Below the pieces are notes generated by a model that was given only the letters and a program-made list of their open reading frames with translations, was not told the origin of the DNA and ran no database searches. The position numbers were made by a program, and so were the translations under genes. A DNA stretch of 64,000 nucleotides from Patescibacteria group bacterium (GTDB lineage Bacteria; Patescibacteriota; Minisyncoccia; UBA6257; 2-01-FULL-56-20). The stretch is from NCBI GenBank assembly GCA_024654525.1, contig JANLHI010000013.1, positions 18,036-82,035 on the forward strand, written 5' to 3'. Shown here one piece after another: positions 36,605 to 47,055 of the stretch. Position 1 is the first letter of the stretch; every line of letters begins with the position of its first letter.

Positions 36605-37294
36605 TTATGCGCGCGTAGTCGCGAGAGCAACAATACGCCGAGCTCCCGCGTGTTTGAGTGCGGTTGATGCTTCAAAGAACGTGGACCCGGAAGTAATCAC
36701 GTCATCGAGAAGAATGAAATTTTTTCCTTGCGCGAGGGATGTGACGGGTACGATAAATGCTCCCGCGATATTTTTTCGTCGTGCATCCCAATCGGGAAGA
36801 TGGCTTTGAGGTTGTGTGTGTAGCGTCCTTACTAATATGTCAGTTGCCACAGGCAGTTCCAGTGCGGCGCCAATGCGTGTTGCGATGAGTTCGGAGTGAT
36901 TATATCCCCGTTCTCTCTCGCGTCGTGTGGAAAGCGGTATGGGAAGAATAGTGAAGGATTGTAAGGGCAGAGGAATATCTCGGCAGTAGCGCACGGTGAT
37001 TTCCGCGAGCGTTGTTGCGGCGGCGTGCGCATGGTGAAACTTAAGTCCGTGAATCAATGCACGTATTCGCGCGTCGTGATAGCGCGTGGCGGCGCCGAGA
37101 ATATAAGGAAATTTTTTATGGCAGATTTTTTTTCCTTCAGGAAGTCGCGCGAAACATTCGCCGCAACGGAGGTTGGAATCTCGTGAAATAGAAGATGTGC
37201 ATGATGCGCAAAGACCTTGCGACGCATCGGGGAGCGGAGCATGGCACGCGAGGCAGAAGGGAGGAAAAAAGAAGTCCGTGATACGTGGCCACAT
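36605..37294 (-). CDS. comF: ComF-family competence protein (double zinc ribbon + phosphoribosyltransferase domain)
   Basis: N-terminal CLAC...C..C zinc ribbons and a C-terminal PRTase motif (ILLDDVITSGSTF). Confidence 0.75.
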   Translation of the reverse strand: MWPRITDFFFPPFCLACHAPLPDASQGLCASCTSSISRDSNLRCGECFARLPEGKKICHKKFPYILGAATRYHDARIRALIHGLKFHHAHAAATTLAEITVRYCRDIPLPLQSFTILPIPLSTRRERERGYNHSELIATRIGAALELPVATDILVRTLHTQPQSHLPDWDARRKNIAGAFIVPVTSLAQGKNFILLDDVITSGSTFFEASTALKHAGARRIVALATTRA

Positions 37295-37404
37295 GTCGAT
37301 ATTAGTATATCGCGCGAATCGCAATCGTAAAAAAATGAAAAGAGTATTGCGCGATGTTGCGTGGTAATGTTAGTGCGTGTATCAAGAGGGGGTATAATAG
37401 AAAT

Positions 37405-38493
37405 ATGTGGAATATATTTCACAACCTGCAACAAGCGACATTTCCTCTCTACCTCGGAGTGGATATCGGCACGACTTCCATCAAGGCGGTCGAGGTAAAA
37501 CAAGGGGAGCATCTTCCTTTACTTGTAAATTACGGGATGCTTGAGTTGGGAGGGTATTTAATGCGTGCAAACAATGCGCTTCAAACAAGCACGCTGAAAA
37601 TTTTTGAAGAGGAGGCGGCGGAACTTTTGAAAATTCTTGTGAGAAAAATGAAGCCAAAGGCGCGCGAAGTAATTGCGTCGTTTCCCGCATTTGCGGCGTT
37701 TACCACGGTGTTGGATTTTCCCGTGATGAGTCCCGAGGAACTTAAGAAAACCATTGCGTTTCAGGCAAAGGATTATATTCCCCAGCCTCTCTCCGAAGTG
37801 GCGCTTGATTGGATGAAAGTGGGAGAGTTTAGTGATGCAAAAGGAGTCCGTCACAACCAAATTCTTCTTATCTCGGTACCGCGCGAACAGATTAAACGAT
37901 ATCAAAAGCTATTTACCCTTGCAGGTCTTCGGCTTCGAGCGCTTGAGATAGAAAATTTAAGTTTGGCAAGAATTCTTACCATGGGAGATCCTACTCCGGC
38001 GATGATAGTGGATATCGGGAGTCGATCAACAAGTATTTCATTCGCCACAAAGGGCTCTCTTCATTTTGTGAGTCAAAGTGATTTTGCGGGTTCATCGCTT
38101 ACACAAGCGCTTGCGCAAGGGCTTAATATCAATCCTTTACGCGCGGAAGAGTTGAAAAAGGAAAGGGGTATTGGAAATGCCGGACAGGGTTATGAATTAT
38201 CCACAATCATGTTGCCGTTTTTGGATGCTATAATTAATGAGATTAAAAAGGCACAGTTTAATTACGAGAGTCAGTTTCCCGGCGCCCCAAAGCCGGAACG
38301 TGTGGTACTTGCGGGAGGAGGAGCAAATCTCTCCGGCATTGAAAATTATTTTGAGCGGGATATGGGGTTGCCTATCGTGAAGGCATTACCGCTTGAACGG
38401 TTCGAGTATGCTCCTTCGTTACAACCGATAGCGTCCGAAATTGGGCCGGTGCTTTCCGTAGCGATGGGTCTTGCGATGCGGGAATTTATATAA
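37405..38493 (+). CDS. pilM: type IV pilus assembly protein PilM
   Basis: Actin-like ATPase fold start LGVDIGTTSIKAVEV and PilM-like length. Internal ATG with a GAGGGGG RBS was chosen. Confidence 0.85.
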   Translation: MWNIFHNLQQATFPLYLGVDIGTTSIKAVEVKQGEHLPLLVNYGMLELGGYLMRANNALQTSTLKIFEEEAAELLKILVRKMKPKAREVIASFPAFAAFTTVLDFPVMSPEELKKTIAFQAKDYIPQPLSEVALDWMKVGEFSDAKGVRHNQILLISVPREQIKRYQKLFTLAGLRLRALEIENLSLARILTMGDPTPAMIVDIGSRSTSISFATKGSLHFVSQSDFAGSSLTQALAQGLNINPLRAEELKKERGIGNAGQGYELSTIMLPFLDAIINEIKKAQFNYESQFPGAPKPERVVLAGGGANLSGIENYFERDMGLPIVKALPLERFEYAPSLQPIASEIGPVLSVAMGLAMREFI

Positions 38494-38521
38494 TATCAAG
38501 CTTCCATTTTGAATTTTTATC

Positions 38522-39082
38522 ATGCCACTTCCTCAAAAAGTCATTGACCGTTTAAGCCGCGAACCTTCCGGAACTCCGGGGTGGTCGTCGCAACTTCTTA
38601 TGTTTTCTGGAACGTTGTTCATTATCAGTATTTTGGTATACGGAGGAATCGCAATAGGATTTAAGCCGTATTTTGAATCCAAACAGAGAGATTTGGATAA
38701 AAAGATACAGGTATTCACACAGCAGATACCGCTTGCGGAGCAAGAGAAAATAACTTCGTTCTATTCGCAAATCGTAAATATAAAATCTCTTTTGGATAAT
38801 CATGTGGTGATAACTCCATTTTTTAAGTGGTTTGAAGAACACACGCAACAGAATGTGGTATATCAGAGCCTTTCCGCCACCATAGAATCTGAAAAAATAA
38901 CAATGAGCGGAGTAGCAAAGAGCATCGGGGATGTGGAGGAGCAACTTGCGGTGTTCGAAAAAGATGAAGTTATAGAGAATGTATCGTTCGGTAATATTGC
39001 GGTAAATGACAAAGGAGGGTGGTCGTTCCAAGTATCCATTACATTTACCCCGGGGTTTTTAGAGGGGCATGCAAATAACTAG
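38522..39082 (+). CDS. pilN: PilN-like pilus assembly protein
   Basis: Short cytoplasmic N-terminus, one TM helix, periplasmic domain. Sits immediately after pilM. Confidence 0.55.
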   Translation: MPLPQKVIDRLSREPSGTPGWSSQLLMFSGTLFIISILVYGGIAIGFKPYFESKQRDLDKKIQVFTQQIPLAEQEKITSFYSQIVNIKSLLDNHVVITPFFKWFEEHTQQNVVYQSLSATIESEKITMSGVAKSIGDVEEQLAVFEKDEVIENVSFGNIAVNDKGGWSFQVSITFTPGFLEGHANN

Positions 39083-39097
39083 TACGAGCATAACTCA

Positions 39098-39709
39098 ATG
39101 AAACAAACCACAAAACGCTTTTTAAGCCTTATCGTATCGCTCCTTCTTATTGCGGCGGCATTCGTGGCGTTTCTGAATTTTATTCAACCGGCATACGGAG
39201 AAGTGCAAAAACTTAAAAGTGAAGTAACCACACGCGAAGAGTTTGTAGCGAGTCAGCAGGAAGCGGTGCGCAAGGTACAGGGGTTGATCAGTGCATATAA
39301 TACTCAGGGCGAATTGAGGGGAGTCATTAATCTTACGCTTCCGTTTGAGCAAGATGTAGCAGGAGCGCTTACGCAACTTGCGGGGTTAATTCAAGACTCG
39401 ACATTGGGAGGGAAATCTTTCACAATCTCGACTCCGGATGAAAACGGCGGCGCACCCATAAGAGATTCAAAAGGCAATGAATCCAAGGATTTAGTCTCTC
39501 TACACGATCTTGGCAGGGTTGTGTTCGTGACACGGTTTTCGGGGAGTTATGATAATATAAAAAATTTTTTCGAAAAACTCGAATTAAACGTCAGGGTGTT
39601 TGATATTATTGCGTTATCTATCGCACCTGTGGCATCAGAGAAGCAGACGAAACAAGATATTTATGAGGTCGATTTGCAGGTTATGACGTATTATCAAAAA
39701 GATAAATAA
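39098..39709 (+). CDS. pilO: PilO-like pilus assembly protein
   Basis: TM anchor plus coiled-coil, in the canonical position after pilN. Confidence 0.5.
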   Translation: MKQTTKRFLSLIVSLLLIAAAFVAFLNFIQPAYGEVQKLKSEVTTREEFVASQQEAVRKVQGLISAYNTQGELRGVINLTLPFEQDVAGALTQLAGLIQDSTLGGKSFTISTPDENGGAPIRDSKGNESKDLVSLHDLGRVVFVTRFSGSYDNIKNFFEKLELNVRVFDIIALSIAPVASEKQTKQDIYEVDLQVMTYYQKDK

Positions 39710-39715
39710 TTTTTC

Positions 39716-40012
39716 ATGGCCATTATTATTGAAGAAGAACAGCAACAAAGCACCATCAGTATCGTGAGTATATTTGTATGGGTGGTTATTCTTGGCGTGG
39801 TAGGTGCCTCGGTATATTATCTTTTTTTCAAAAATCCCGATTTCACTTTGTTTGTAACACCCGAGGGTTTTAAAAACACGGAAGCACTTTCAAAAATCAA
39901 TCTGAATCCGGGACAGGTGGTAACCAGCCCCGCGTTTAAAGCATTGCGACAATACACGGCGCTTCCCGAGCCTTTGAATGTCGGAAGAAAAAATCCGTTT
40001 CTTGAGCTATGA
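39716..40012 (+). CDS. small membrane protein in the pilus operon (hypothetical)
   Basis: 98-aa one-TM ORF. Its stop overlaps the pilB start (ATGA). Confidence 0.45.
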   Translation: MAIIIEEEQQQSTISIVSIFVWVVILGVVGASVYYLFFKNPDFTLFVTPEGFKNTEALSKINLNPGQVVTSPAFKALRQYTALPEPLNVGRKNPFLEL

Positions 40013-41733
40013 CGAACGACCGATTGCTCCAAGAGCTTGAGAAAGCAACGCTGATTGATGCGGGTACGGTGATGAAGGTCCAGCGCGAGGCGTTGCTTAC
40101 CGGCAAGTCGGCTGAAGATATTCTTTATACGAAGCGACTTGCGGATGATGTGAAAGTTGCGCAAGTAAAGAGTGCCATTCTTAAGGTTCCTTATCAAAAA
40201 ATAGATTTCAGCAAGTTCGATGAAAAAATGTTGCAGATTATTCCGGAGACCACCGCGCGAACGTACGGAGTGGTTCCTTTGGGGAGGAAGAACGATCTGC
40301 TCATTGTGGGAATGATGAATCCCGACGATCAAAAGGCGCAAGAAGCGCTTAAATTTGTTGCTCGTGCGAATAAGGCAAGTCTTGGTGTCTATGTCATCGC
40401 ATGGGGGGATTGGCAACAGGTACTCCAAAAATATTCACCGTATCGCAACGACATAGATGACGCGGTGAAATCATTACGCATAAAGCCGGAGGGGAAAAGT
40501 AGGAGTGCAATACGGCTTGAAGAAATGGCGGAAACCGATATGGAGAATGCTCCGGTAATACGAGTGGTGGCGCGCACGTTCGAGGAGGCGGTGATACAGC
40601 GAGTATCGGACGTGCATATAGAACCGCAGGAGGATTATCTCCGCGTGCGGTTTCGTATCAACGGAGAATTGCAGGAAACGGCATCGCTTCCCATCGAGCT
40701 TGCACATCCGGTCATATCTCGCATCAAAGTATTGTCGAATCTTAAAATAGATGAAACACGCATACCGCAGGACGGTCGTTTTCGCACGACGGTGCAAAAC
40801 AGAGATATCGATTTTCGAGTTGCGACGTTTCCCACGCCGGCAGGGGAAAAAGTGGCGGTGCGCGTACTTGATCCTTCCGTGGGATTAAAATCATTTGATG
40901 GATTAGGATTGACCGGAAGGAACCTTGCGGTGATAGAAAAAAATCTTTCGCGTCCATATGGGATGATTTTAGTGAGTGGTCCGACCGGGTCTGGGAAAAC
41001 CACTACGCTTTATGCCGTATTGCAACGGTTAAACAGTGACAAGGTGAATATCGTAAGTTTGGAAGACCCTGTTGAATATTTGGTATCAGGCGTAAATCAG
41101 TCTCAAGTACATCCCGAAATAGGATATGATTTTGCATCGGGACTTCGGCAAATTCTTCGGCAAGATCCCGATGTAATTATGGTGGGAGAAATTCGCGACA
41201 GCGAAACCGCCGAGCTTGCGGTGCGTGCGGCGCTTACCGGACACATCGTACTTTCGACATTGCACACAAACAACTCGATAGGTGTGGTATCGCGTCTTAT
41301 GGATATGAAGGTGGAACCGTTCCTTTTGCCGGTATCGGTGAATATTATGCTTTCCCAGCGTTTAGTCGGAGAATTATGTATCGCATGCAAAGTGAGTGAA
41401 CCTGCGTCTCCCGGAGTGGTAAAGGTAATTACCGAAGCGCTTCAGGGACTTCCGGAGGATATTCGAAGTCGGTATCGCGAGCCATATAAAATTTTCCATG
41501 CGCCGGGATGTAATGTGTGTAAGGGAAGGGGAATTACCGGGCGTATTGCGCTCTTTGAAATACTTGAAATGACTGATGCGCTTAAAGAGATTATTACCAC
41601 CTCTCCTTCCATTCAGCGTATTGCAAAGGAGGCAAAGGATCAGGGAATGATAACAATGAGACAGGATGGTGTCATGAAAGCGCTTGAGGGACTTGTGATG
41701 ATTGAAGAGGTGGTGCGAGAAACGGAAGAATAA
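40009..41733 (+). CDS. pilB: type IV pilus assembly ATPase PilB (GspE family)
   Basis: N-terminal GspE-N domains, Walker A GPTGSGKTTT, the tetracysteine motif CIAC...CNVCKGRG and an Asp/His box. Confidence 0.92.
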   Translation: MTNDRLLQELEKATLIDAGTVMKVQREALLTGKSAEDILYTKRLADDVKVAQVKSAILKVPYQKIDFSKFDEKMLQIIPETTARTYGVVPLGRKNDLLIVGMMNPDDQKAQEALKFVARANKASLGVYVIAWGDWQQVLQKYSPYRNDIDDAVKSLRIKPEGKSRSAIRLEEMAETDMENAPVIRVVARTFEEAVIQRVSDVHIEPQEDYLRVRFRINGELQETASLPIELAHPVISRIKVLSNLKIDETRIPQDGRFRTTVQNRDIDFRVATFPTPAGEKVAVRVLDPSVGLKSFDGLGLTGRNLAVIEKNLSRPYGMILVSGPTGSGKTTTLYAVLQRLNSDKVNIVSLEDPVEYLVSGVNQSQVHPEIGYDFASGLRQILRQDPDVIMVGEIRDSETAELAVRAALTGHIVLSTLHTNNSIGVVSRLMDMKVEPFLLPVSVNIMLSQRLVGELCIACKVSEPASPGVVKVITEALQGLPEDIRSRYREPYKIFHAPGCNVCKGRGITGRIALFEILEMTDALKEIITTSPSIQRIAKEAKDQGMITMRQDGVMKALEGLVMIEEVVRETEE

Positions 41734-41826
41734 GACTTGGTTCTTGCGAGTTGCGGGCGCACCGTCATGGTATGGTAGTATTTAATGGTATCAATAAGAA
41801 AAATAAGATTTCGGAGGATTTAAAAA

Positions 41827-42897
41827 ATGGATTATCACGAACAATTAAAAGGACTTCTTGTAGCGGCGGCGAGACAGAACGCTTCGGATCTGCATATTGC
41901 GGTAGGAAGAAGGCCTACGCTTCGCGTTGACGGTGCGCTGGTACCGCTTCAACAAGAACAGATTATGACTCCCGAATCCGCAGAAGGGCTTGTATTCGGA
42001 CTTCTTACGCCGGAACAAAAAGAGCGTTTTATTAAAGAGCGTCAGCTTGACTTCGCCTACAATTTGGAAGATAAAGTACGGTTTCGTGTGAATGTGTATT
42101 ATCAACGCGGGTACGTGGCGGCGGCGCTTCGGGTCATTCCCGGAAGAATTAGTACCATAGAAGAACTTGGGCTTCCCCCTATTCTTCATGACTTTTCAAA
42201 TCTTTCGCAGGGATTCGTGTTGGTGGTAGGTCCCGCGGGACACGGGAAATCCACATCGCTTGCGGCAGTACTCGACGAAGTGAATCATACGCGCGCCGAT
42301 CATATCGTGACCGTTGAAGATCCGATTGAGTATCTCTTTACGCAAGACAAAGCAATCATCTCTCAGCGTGAGGTGGGAAACGATACGCAAACATTCGATG
42401 ACGCGTTGCGTACGGTGCTCCGGCAAGACCCGGATGTCATCATGATAGGAGAGATGCGGGATGCGGCTTCTATTGCCACCGCAATGACTGCGGCGGAAAC
42501 GGGCCACCTTGTATTTTCCACGCTTCACACCAATTCCGCATCGCAGACGATAGATCGGATTATCGACAGCTTTGCGCCGGAACAGCAGGGGCAGGTGGTT
42601 TCCCAGCTCGCCGCTACACTTGTCGCGATTGTGTCCCAACGCCTGTTGCCGCGCATATCGGGCGGAAGAATTCCTGCTGCGGAAATAATGTTGGTCAATC
42701 CGGCGATTCGAAATCTTATTCGGGAGCGGAAAATATATCAGATTGATTTGGTGATTGAAACAAGCTTGCAGGAGGGAATGATTACGTTGAATCGCGCACT
42801 GGCAACATTGGTGAAGAATAAAGAAATATCGCTTGAGAACGCAGAGTTATATTCCATGAATCCGGCGGAGTTAAGAATACTTCTCGAAAGGTTTTAG
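41827..42897 (+). CDS. pilT: twitching-motility retraction ATPase PilT
   Basis: About 356 aa with GPAGHGKSTS Walker A and PilT-like motifs (IMIGEMRD, TLHTNSA). Confidence 0.9.
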   Translation: MDYHEQLKGLLVAAARQNASDLHIAVGRRPTLRVDGALVPLQQEQIMTPESAEGLVFGLLTPEQKERFIKERQLDFAYNLEDKVRFRVNVYYQRGYVAAALRVIPGRISTIEELGLPPILHDFSNLSQGFVLVVGPAGHGKSTSLAAVLDEVNHTRADHIVTVEDPIEYLFTQDKAIISQREVGNDTQTFDDALRTVLRQDPDVIMIGEMRDAASIATAMTAAETGHLVFSTLHTNSASQTIDRIIDSFAPEQQGQVVSQLAATLVAIVSQRLLPRISGGRIPAAEIMLVNPAIRNLIRERKIYQIDLVIETSLQEGMITLNRALATLVKNKEISLENAELYSMNPAELRILLERF

Positions 42898-43007
42898 CGT
42901 AGTGCAAGAAGCGTAGTCGCGAGGATGATTATTTTTTCATACAAAGCAATGTATAGAATGTATGACAACCCCAATGGCGCAATAACCGTAACGTGGTCCC
43001 ACACGGA

Positions 43008-44219
43008 ATGAAATTCCACTATCAAGCAAAAACCAAAGATGGAGAGGATCAGGTGGGGTTTGTAGAAGCTCCGAATCGTGAATCGGCAACCGCTATTTTA
43101 TCGGGACACGGGCTTTTTATTTTAAGTATCGAAGCAACGAAGAAGGAAGCGTGGTATGAAAGAATCGGAGGAATTTTCACAGGGGTGAAAAGAAAAGATA
43201 AGGTTATTTTCTTTCGCCAACTTTCCACACTTCTTGAGGCGCGTATTCCTTTGAATGCGGCGTTGCGTAGTTTGCAGGCGCAAACGGTAAACCCCACATT
43301 GAAAGAGGCTGTGTTTGAGGTTGCGGAAAGTATTGATTCGGGACTTTCTTTCTCGCAGGCGCTTGAGCGTAGGCAAGGCGTTTTCTCCGAGTTCTATGTG
43401 GCGATGGTGCGTGCGGCGGAGACCACCGGCAAACTCGACGAAATTATAGATTTTCTTGCAGACTATACAGAAAAAGAAGATTTGATTGCGCGGAAAACCA
43501 TGGGGGCGATGGCGTATCCGGCACTTGTCGTGGGGATGTTCGGTGTTGTAGCGCTTGTGCTGGTGGTGTTTGTATTTCCTCAAATCCGCCCCGTATTCGA
43601 GCAGTCCGGTATTGATTTGCCGTTTACTACGCGAATTCTTCTCGGGAGCGGAGAATTTTTGGGAGCATGGTGGCCATTGGTGCTTATTGGGGTAATATTC
43701 GGCGGGATTGTGGGTATTGATTACTTCCGCTCGAAAGAAGGGCGTGCGGTGCTCGACGATGCAAAGGTGCGTTTCCCGCTGATACATAGAATTTACTTGC
43801 CACTGGTGCTTACGCGGTTTTCGTATACCACCTCGCTTCTTTTAAAAGGAGGTATTCCTGTTGCGCAAGCGCTTGAGATTGTAAGTCATGTGGTGGCAAA
43901 TGCGTTATATCAAGAATTATTGCATGAGGTATCGGAATCGGTGCGGGGAGGAGAGACTATTTCCCAAGCAATTTCGCGGTATCCCGACTACTTTCCGAAA
44001 CTGGTACCGCAAATGCTTGCGGTGGGAGAACAGAGCGGGCAGTTAAGTCAGATTTTCAGTCGTGTAGCGACATTTTATGAACGTGAAGCGGATGATGTGA
44101 TTAATAATATCGTAAATCTCATACAACCGCTTCTTATCGCGGTAGTGGGTATCTTTGTGGGGCTTCTCTTCGCCTCTATCTTGCTTCCGCTCTATCAACT
44201 CACTTCGTCTTTCGGATAG
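43008..44219 (+). CDS. pilC: type IV pilus platform protein PilC (GspF family)
   Basis: Two GspF-like repeats, each followed by TM helices. An upstream in-frame GTG start at 42993 is possible. Confidence 0.85.
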   Translation: MKFHYQAKTKDGEDQVGFVEAPNRESATAILSGHGLFILSIEATKKEAWYERIGGIFTGVKRKDKVIFFRQLSTLLEARIPLNAALRSLQAQTVNPTLKEAVFEVAESIDSGLSFSQALERRQGVFSEFYVAMVRAAETTGKLDEIIDFLADYTEKEDLIARKTMGAMAYPALVVGMFGVVALVLVVFVFPQIRPVFEQSGIDLPFTTRILLGSGEFLGAWWPLVLIGVIFGGIVGIDYFRSKEGRAVLDDAKVRFPLIHRIYLPLVLTRFSYTTSLLLKGGIPVAQALEIVSHVVANALYQELLHEVSESVRGGETISQAISRYPDYFPKLVPQMLAVGEQSGQLSQIFSRVATFYEREADDVINNIVNLIQPLLIAVVGIFVGLLFASILLPLYQLTSSFG

Positions 44220-44273
44220 AAATGGCAGTGTGATATACTTATCCACAAGTATGGAAAGGTCGGAAATGATATA

Positions 44274-44789
44274 ATGGAAAACATGAAAACATATTCGAGA
44301 GGCGGGTTTACACTTATCGAAATATTGATTGTAGTCGCTATAATAGGTATCTTGGCTTCCGTCATTTTAGTGGGTCTTGGTCCGACACAGCGTGCGGGGC
44401 GTGATGCCAGGCGTGTTGCGGATTTAAAGAGCGTACAGACTGGATTGGAGCTGTATTTCCAGAAGAACGGTGAGTATCCCGCAGCTGCAAGCGGGTGGAC
44501 TGCCTTGTCCCAGACCCTTGAAGGCGCGGGCGTAGGGGCAGGGAAAATTCCCAATGATCCGAATTATAACAGTGCCGTAGGAACGAGTCCCATTTACCAC
44601 TATTCTCGTCCTGCATACAATGCCTATTATTTAGGCGCGTTGCTTGAGGATCCGAATAACAAGGCGATGAAGTCTTCATTGTCGGGAACATCTGATGGAG
44701 GAAATCCTCCTGTAATAACCGGAGTGTCGATTGATGGCACAGCATGCGGAGGTAGCGGAGGGTTTTATTGCGTAGGAAACGGAAATTAG
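44274..44789 (+). CDS. type IV (major) pilin with prepilin N-methylation motif
   Basis: Class III signal RGGFTLIEILIVVAIIGILA in the translation. Confidence 0.8.
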   Translation: MENMKTYSRGGFTLIEILIVVAIIGILASVILVGLGPTQRAGRDARRVADLKSVQTGLELYFQKNGEYPAAASGWTALSQTLEGAGVGAGKIPNDPNYNSAVGTSPIYHYSRPAYNAYYLGALLEDPNNKAMKSSLSGTSDGGNPPVITGVSIDGTACGGSGGFYCVGNGN

Positions 44790-44918
44790 TTTTAAAAGAG
44801 AAAGTGGCAAAAGCCGATGGTTTTCACCGTCGGTTTTTGTTTTTCACAGTGACTTTTACATTCTTGAATATGTGTGAGGGCTTTCTCCCTTTTAAAGAGA
44901 AAGGTAGAATGAGTCAAT

Positions 44919-45779
44919 ATGGTGTCGATTATCCTTTTTGTTTTAGGACTGTCTTTCGGAAGTTTTATAAATGTGATTGCGCTTCGTTATAATCCGGATC
45001 GATTTTTGTTTTCGCGCACCGCGCTTGGCGGACGTTCTCGATGTGCTCATTGTAAAAAAACGCTTCGATGGTTCGAACTTGTACCGCTCATAAGTTTCTT
45101 GTTCCAGCGGGGACGGTGCCGTTCATGTCACACGCGACTTTCCCCACAATATATGTTCGCTGAAATCATTGCGGGCGCCATATTTGTACTCGTTCCCATT
45201 CGTATTGCATCGTTATACCTCCTACCTCCTACCTCCTACTATCTTCTTGTTACTGTTTGGATTTTTGTGTTGCTGATTCTGCTTCTCCTCTCTCTTATCG
45301 ATGTCCGTTTTCGTATTATTCCCGATGAGTGCAACGTGGCGCTTATCGGAGCGGGAATGGCAATCGCAATTCTTACACCGGTAATGAATGGAACGGGCGG
45401 TTCGTTTCTTGGAGCGTATGGAATTTTACTTCTCGCGCAATCGCACATATGGGTTAATAAACTTTTAGGGTTTCTTGCGGGGGCGTTCGGGCTTGGGATA
45501 CTTGCGGTGGCAACTCGAGGGAAAGGAATGGGCATGGGGGATATAAAACTTGCGGCGGCGCTTGGTGTGGTTTTCGGATGGCCTGATATTGCGGTATTGC
45601 TTGGTATCGCGTTCGTCCTTGGGGCGATTGCCGGAATACTTGAGATAGCGACTGCAAAAAATACGCTTAATGGGACTCTTCCTTTCGGACCGTTTATTGC
45701 GCTTGGCGCTACAATGCTTTTCTTTGGCGGATCGGAGCTTGTGAAGTGGTACTTCGGTGTATTTGCGGGATGGTGGTGA
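44919..45779 (+). CDS. pilD: prepilin peptidase PilD (A24 family)
   Basis: N-terminal C..C...C..C zinc site. Conserved Asp-containing TM regions. Contains an LPPTSYYLL insert encoded by a CCTACCT heptamer tract. Confidence 0.85.
   Translation: MVSIILFVLGLSFGSFINVIALRYNPDRFLFSRTALGGRSRCAHCKKTLRWFELVPLISFLFQRGRCRSCHTRLSPQYMFAEIIAGAIFVLVPIRIASLYLLPPTSYYLLVTVWIFVLLILLLLSLIDVRFRIIPDECNVALIGAGMAIAILTPVMNGTGGSFLGAYGILLLAQSHIWVNKLLGFLAGAFGLGILAVATRGKGMGMGDIKLAAALGVVFGWPDIAVLLGIAFVLGAIAGILEIATAKNTLNGTLPFGPFIALGATMLFFGGSELVKWYFGVFAGWW
45217..45243 (+). repeat. CCTACCT heptamer tandem tract inside pilD
   Basis: tatacct cctacct cctacct cctacta. The related tract GGTAGGT x3 lies at 59838-59862 inside murD in the same coding orientation. 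Confidence 0.6.
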
Positions 45780-45820
45780 TTCGGTGCGGGATGCACGCGT
45801 AGTGGGGTATAATAAAGCAA

Positions 45821-46468
45821 ATGAGTTTGTCTACCATCACTCGTTGCATATCGCGTCTTCGGAAACGCTCGGGGTTTTCTCTTGTCGAGTCGTTAGTGAT
45901 TATTTCCATCGTGGGGTTGCTTTCTGCGTATACGATTTCTTATTCGAATGTAAGTCGAAGACAAACCGAGATGTATGTGTCGAAAGCCCAGATAGGGCAA
46001 TTTATCCTCAAGGCAAAATCACTTACACTAAATACGCGTACTCGCGGGTCGTTGGGGCGTCCGTGTGGATATGGAGTGGACGTAAATGAAGCGCTACCTC
46101 CTTCCCGATCTTCACTCACGCTTTTTTCGTATTCCGTACCTACCGCAGAGGTATCGCAAGGGCTTGGGGGGTCGTGTCTTAAGGATGGCGTATTAAGGAA
46201 AGAGCAAGTGGAGATAGGAAGAAACGGTCTCGAAAAGAATACGGTTGAGTCGTTTGAATTGCCCCAAGAAGTGGAATTTTTTAACAGTGCAACCCGAGTG
46301 GGAATGGTAAAGCGCATATTTTTCCTCGCACCCGATCCCCAGACATTCATTTGGGTGGATGGAAGTGCAGACCCCGGCGCGCTTTCTGGAAGAATATATC
46401 TTATCACGGAAGACGAGCGTGCGTCGTCATCAATATTTGTTACGTCCGCAGGTGAAGTAAGTTTCTGA
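45821..46468 (+). CDS. minor pilin / pseudopilin
   Basis: Prepilin-type N-terminus KRSGFSLVESLVIISIVGLL. Confidence 0.6.
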   Translation: MSLSTITRCISRLRKRSGFSLVESLVIISIVGLLSAYTISYSNVSRRQTEMYVSKAQIGQFILKAKSLTLNTRTRGSLGRPCGYGVDVNEALPPSRSSLTLFSYSVPTAEVSQGLGGSCLKDGVLRKEQVEIGRNGLEKNTVESFELPQEVEFFNSATRVGMVKRIFFLAPDPQTFIWVDGSADPGALSGRIYLITEDERASSSIFVTSAGEVSF

Positions 46469-46476
46469 ATAACCGT

Positions 46477-47055
46477 ATGAGGATATACAGACATATGCGC
46501 ATACTGCAGGCACAAAAAGGATTTTTTATCATCGAGGCAATGATTTCTTTGAGTTTACTCACGGTGGGATTTTTAGGGTTACTTACCTTGCTTGCGAGTT
46601 CATTGGGACTTAATCGTGTAGTAACGGATACCTATATTGCGAATTATCTTGCCATAGAGGGGGTAGAGATTATAAAAAATGTAATAGATGCGAATGTTGC
46701 GCACGGGCAGAATTTTAACAAAAATTGCATATGGAGTACGGGGTTTAATGCCGAGAAAACATACGAAATTGATGCGCAGATACCATCGGTGACCCCGAGT
46801 GATTCCGGTTGCCCCGGAGAAGTGCTGGTGGGGGATATTATGATTGGTGCGGGACGTCCACTAAAATTTGATGTGTCTTCCGGTGAATATGAGTATGATA
46901 CGGGGACAAACTCCGTGTTTCGAAGGCGAGTAACGGTGTCACCGGTAAACGATAATGAATTACGTGTTAACTCTGTGGTGGCATGGACCACGCGCGGAGG
47001 AGGAAATTTTACGGTAAATGTCGAAGACCACTTGTATAACTGGTCAAGACCATGA
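46477..47055 (+). CDS. minor pilin / pseudopilin
   Basis: Prepilin-type N-terminus QKGFFIIEAMISLSLL. Confidence 0.6.
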   Translation: MRIYRHMRILQAQKGFFIIEAMISLSLLTVGFLGLLTLLASSLGLNRVVTDTYIANYLAIEGVEIIKNVIDANVAHGQNFNKNCIWSTGFNAEKTYEIDAQIPSVTPSDSGCPGEVLVGDIMIGAGRPLKFDVSSGEYEYDTGTNSVFRRRVTVSPVNDNELRVNSVVAWTTRGGGNFTVNVEDHLYNWSRP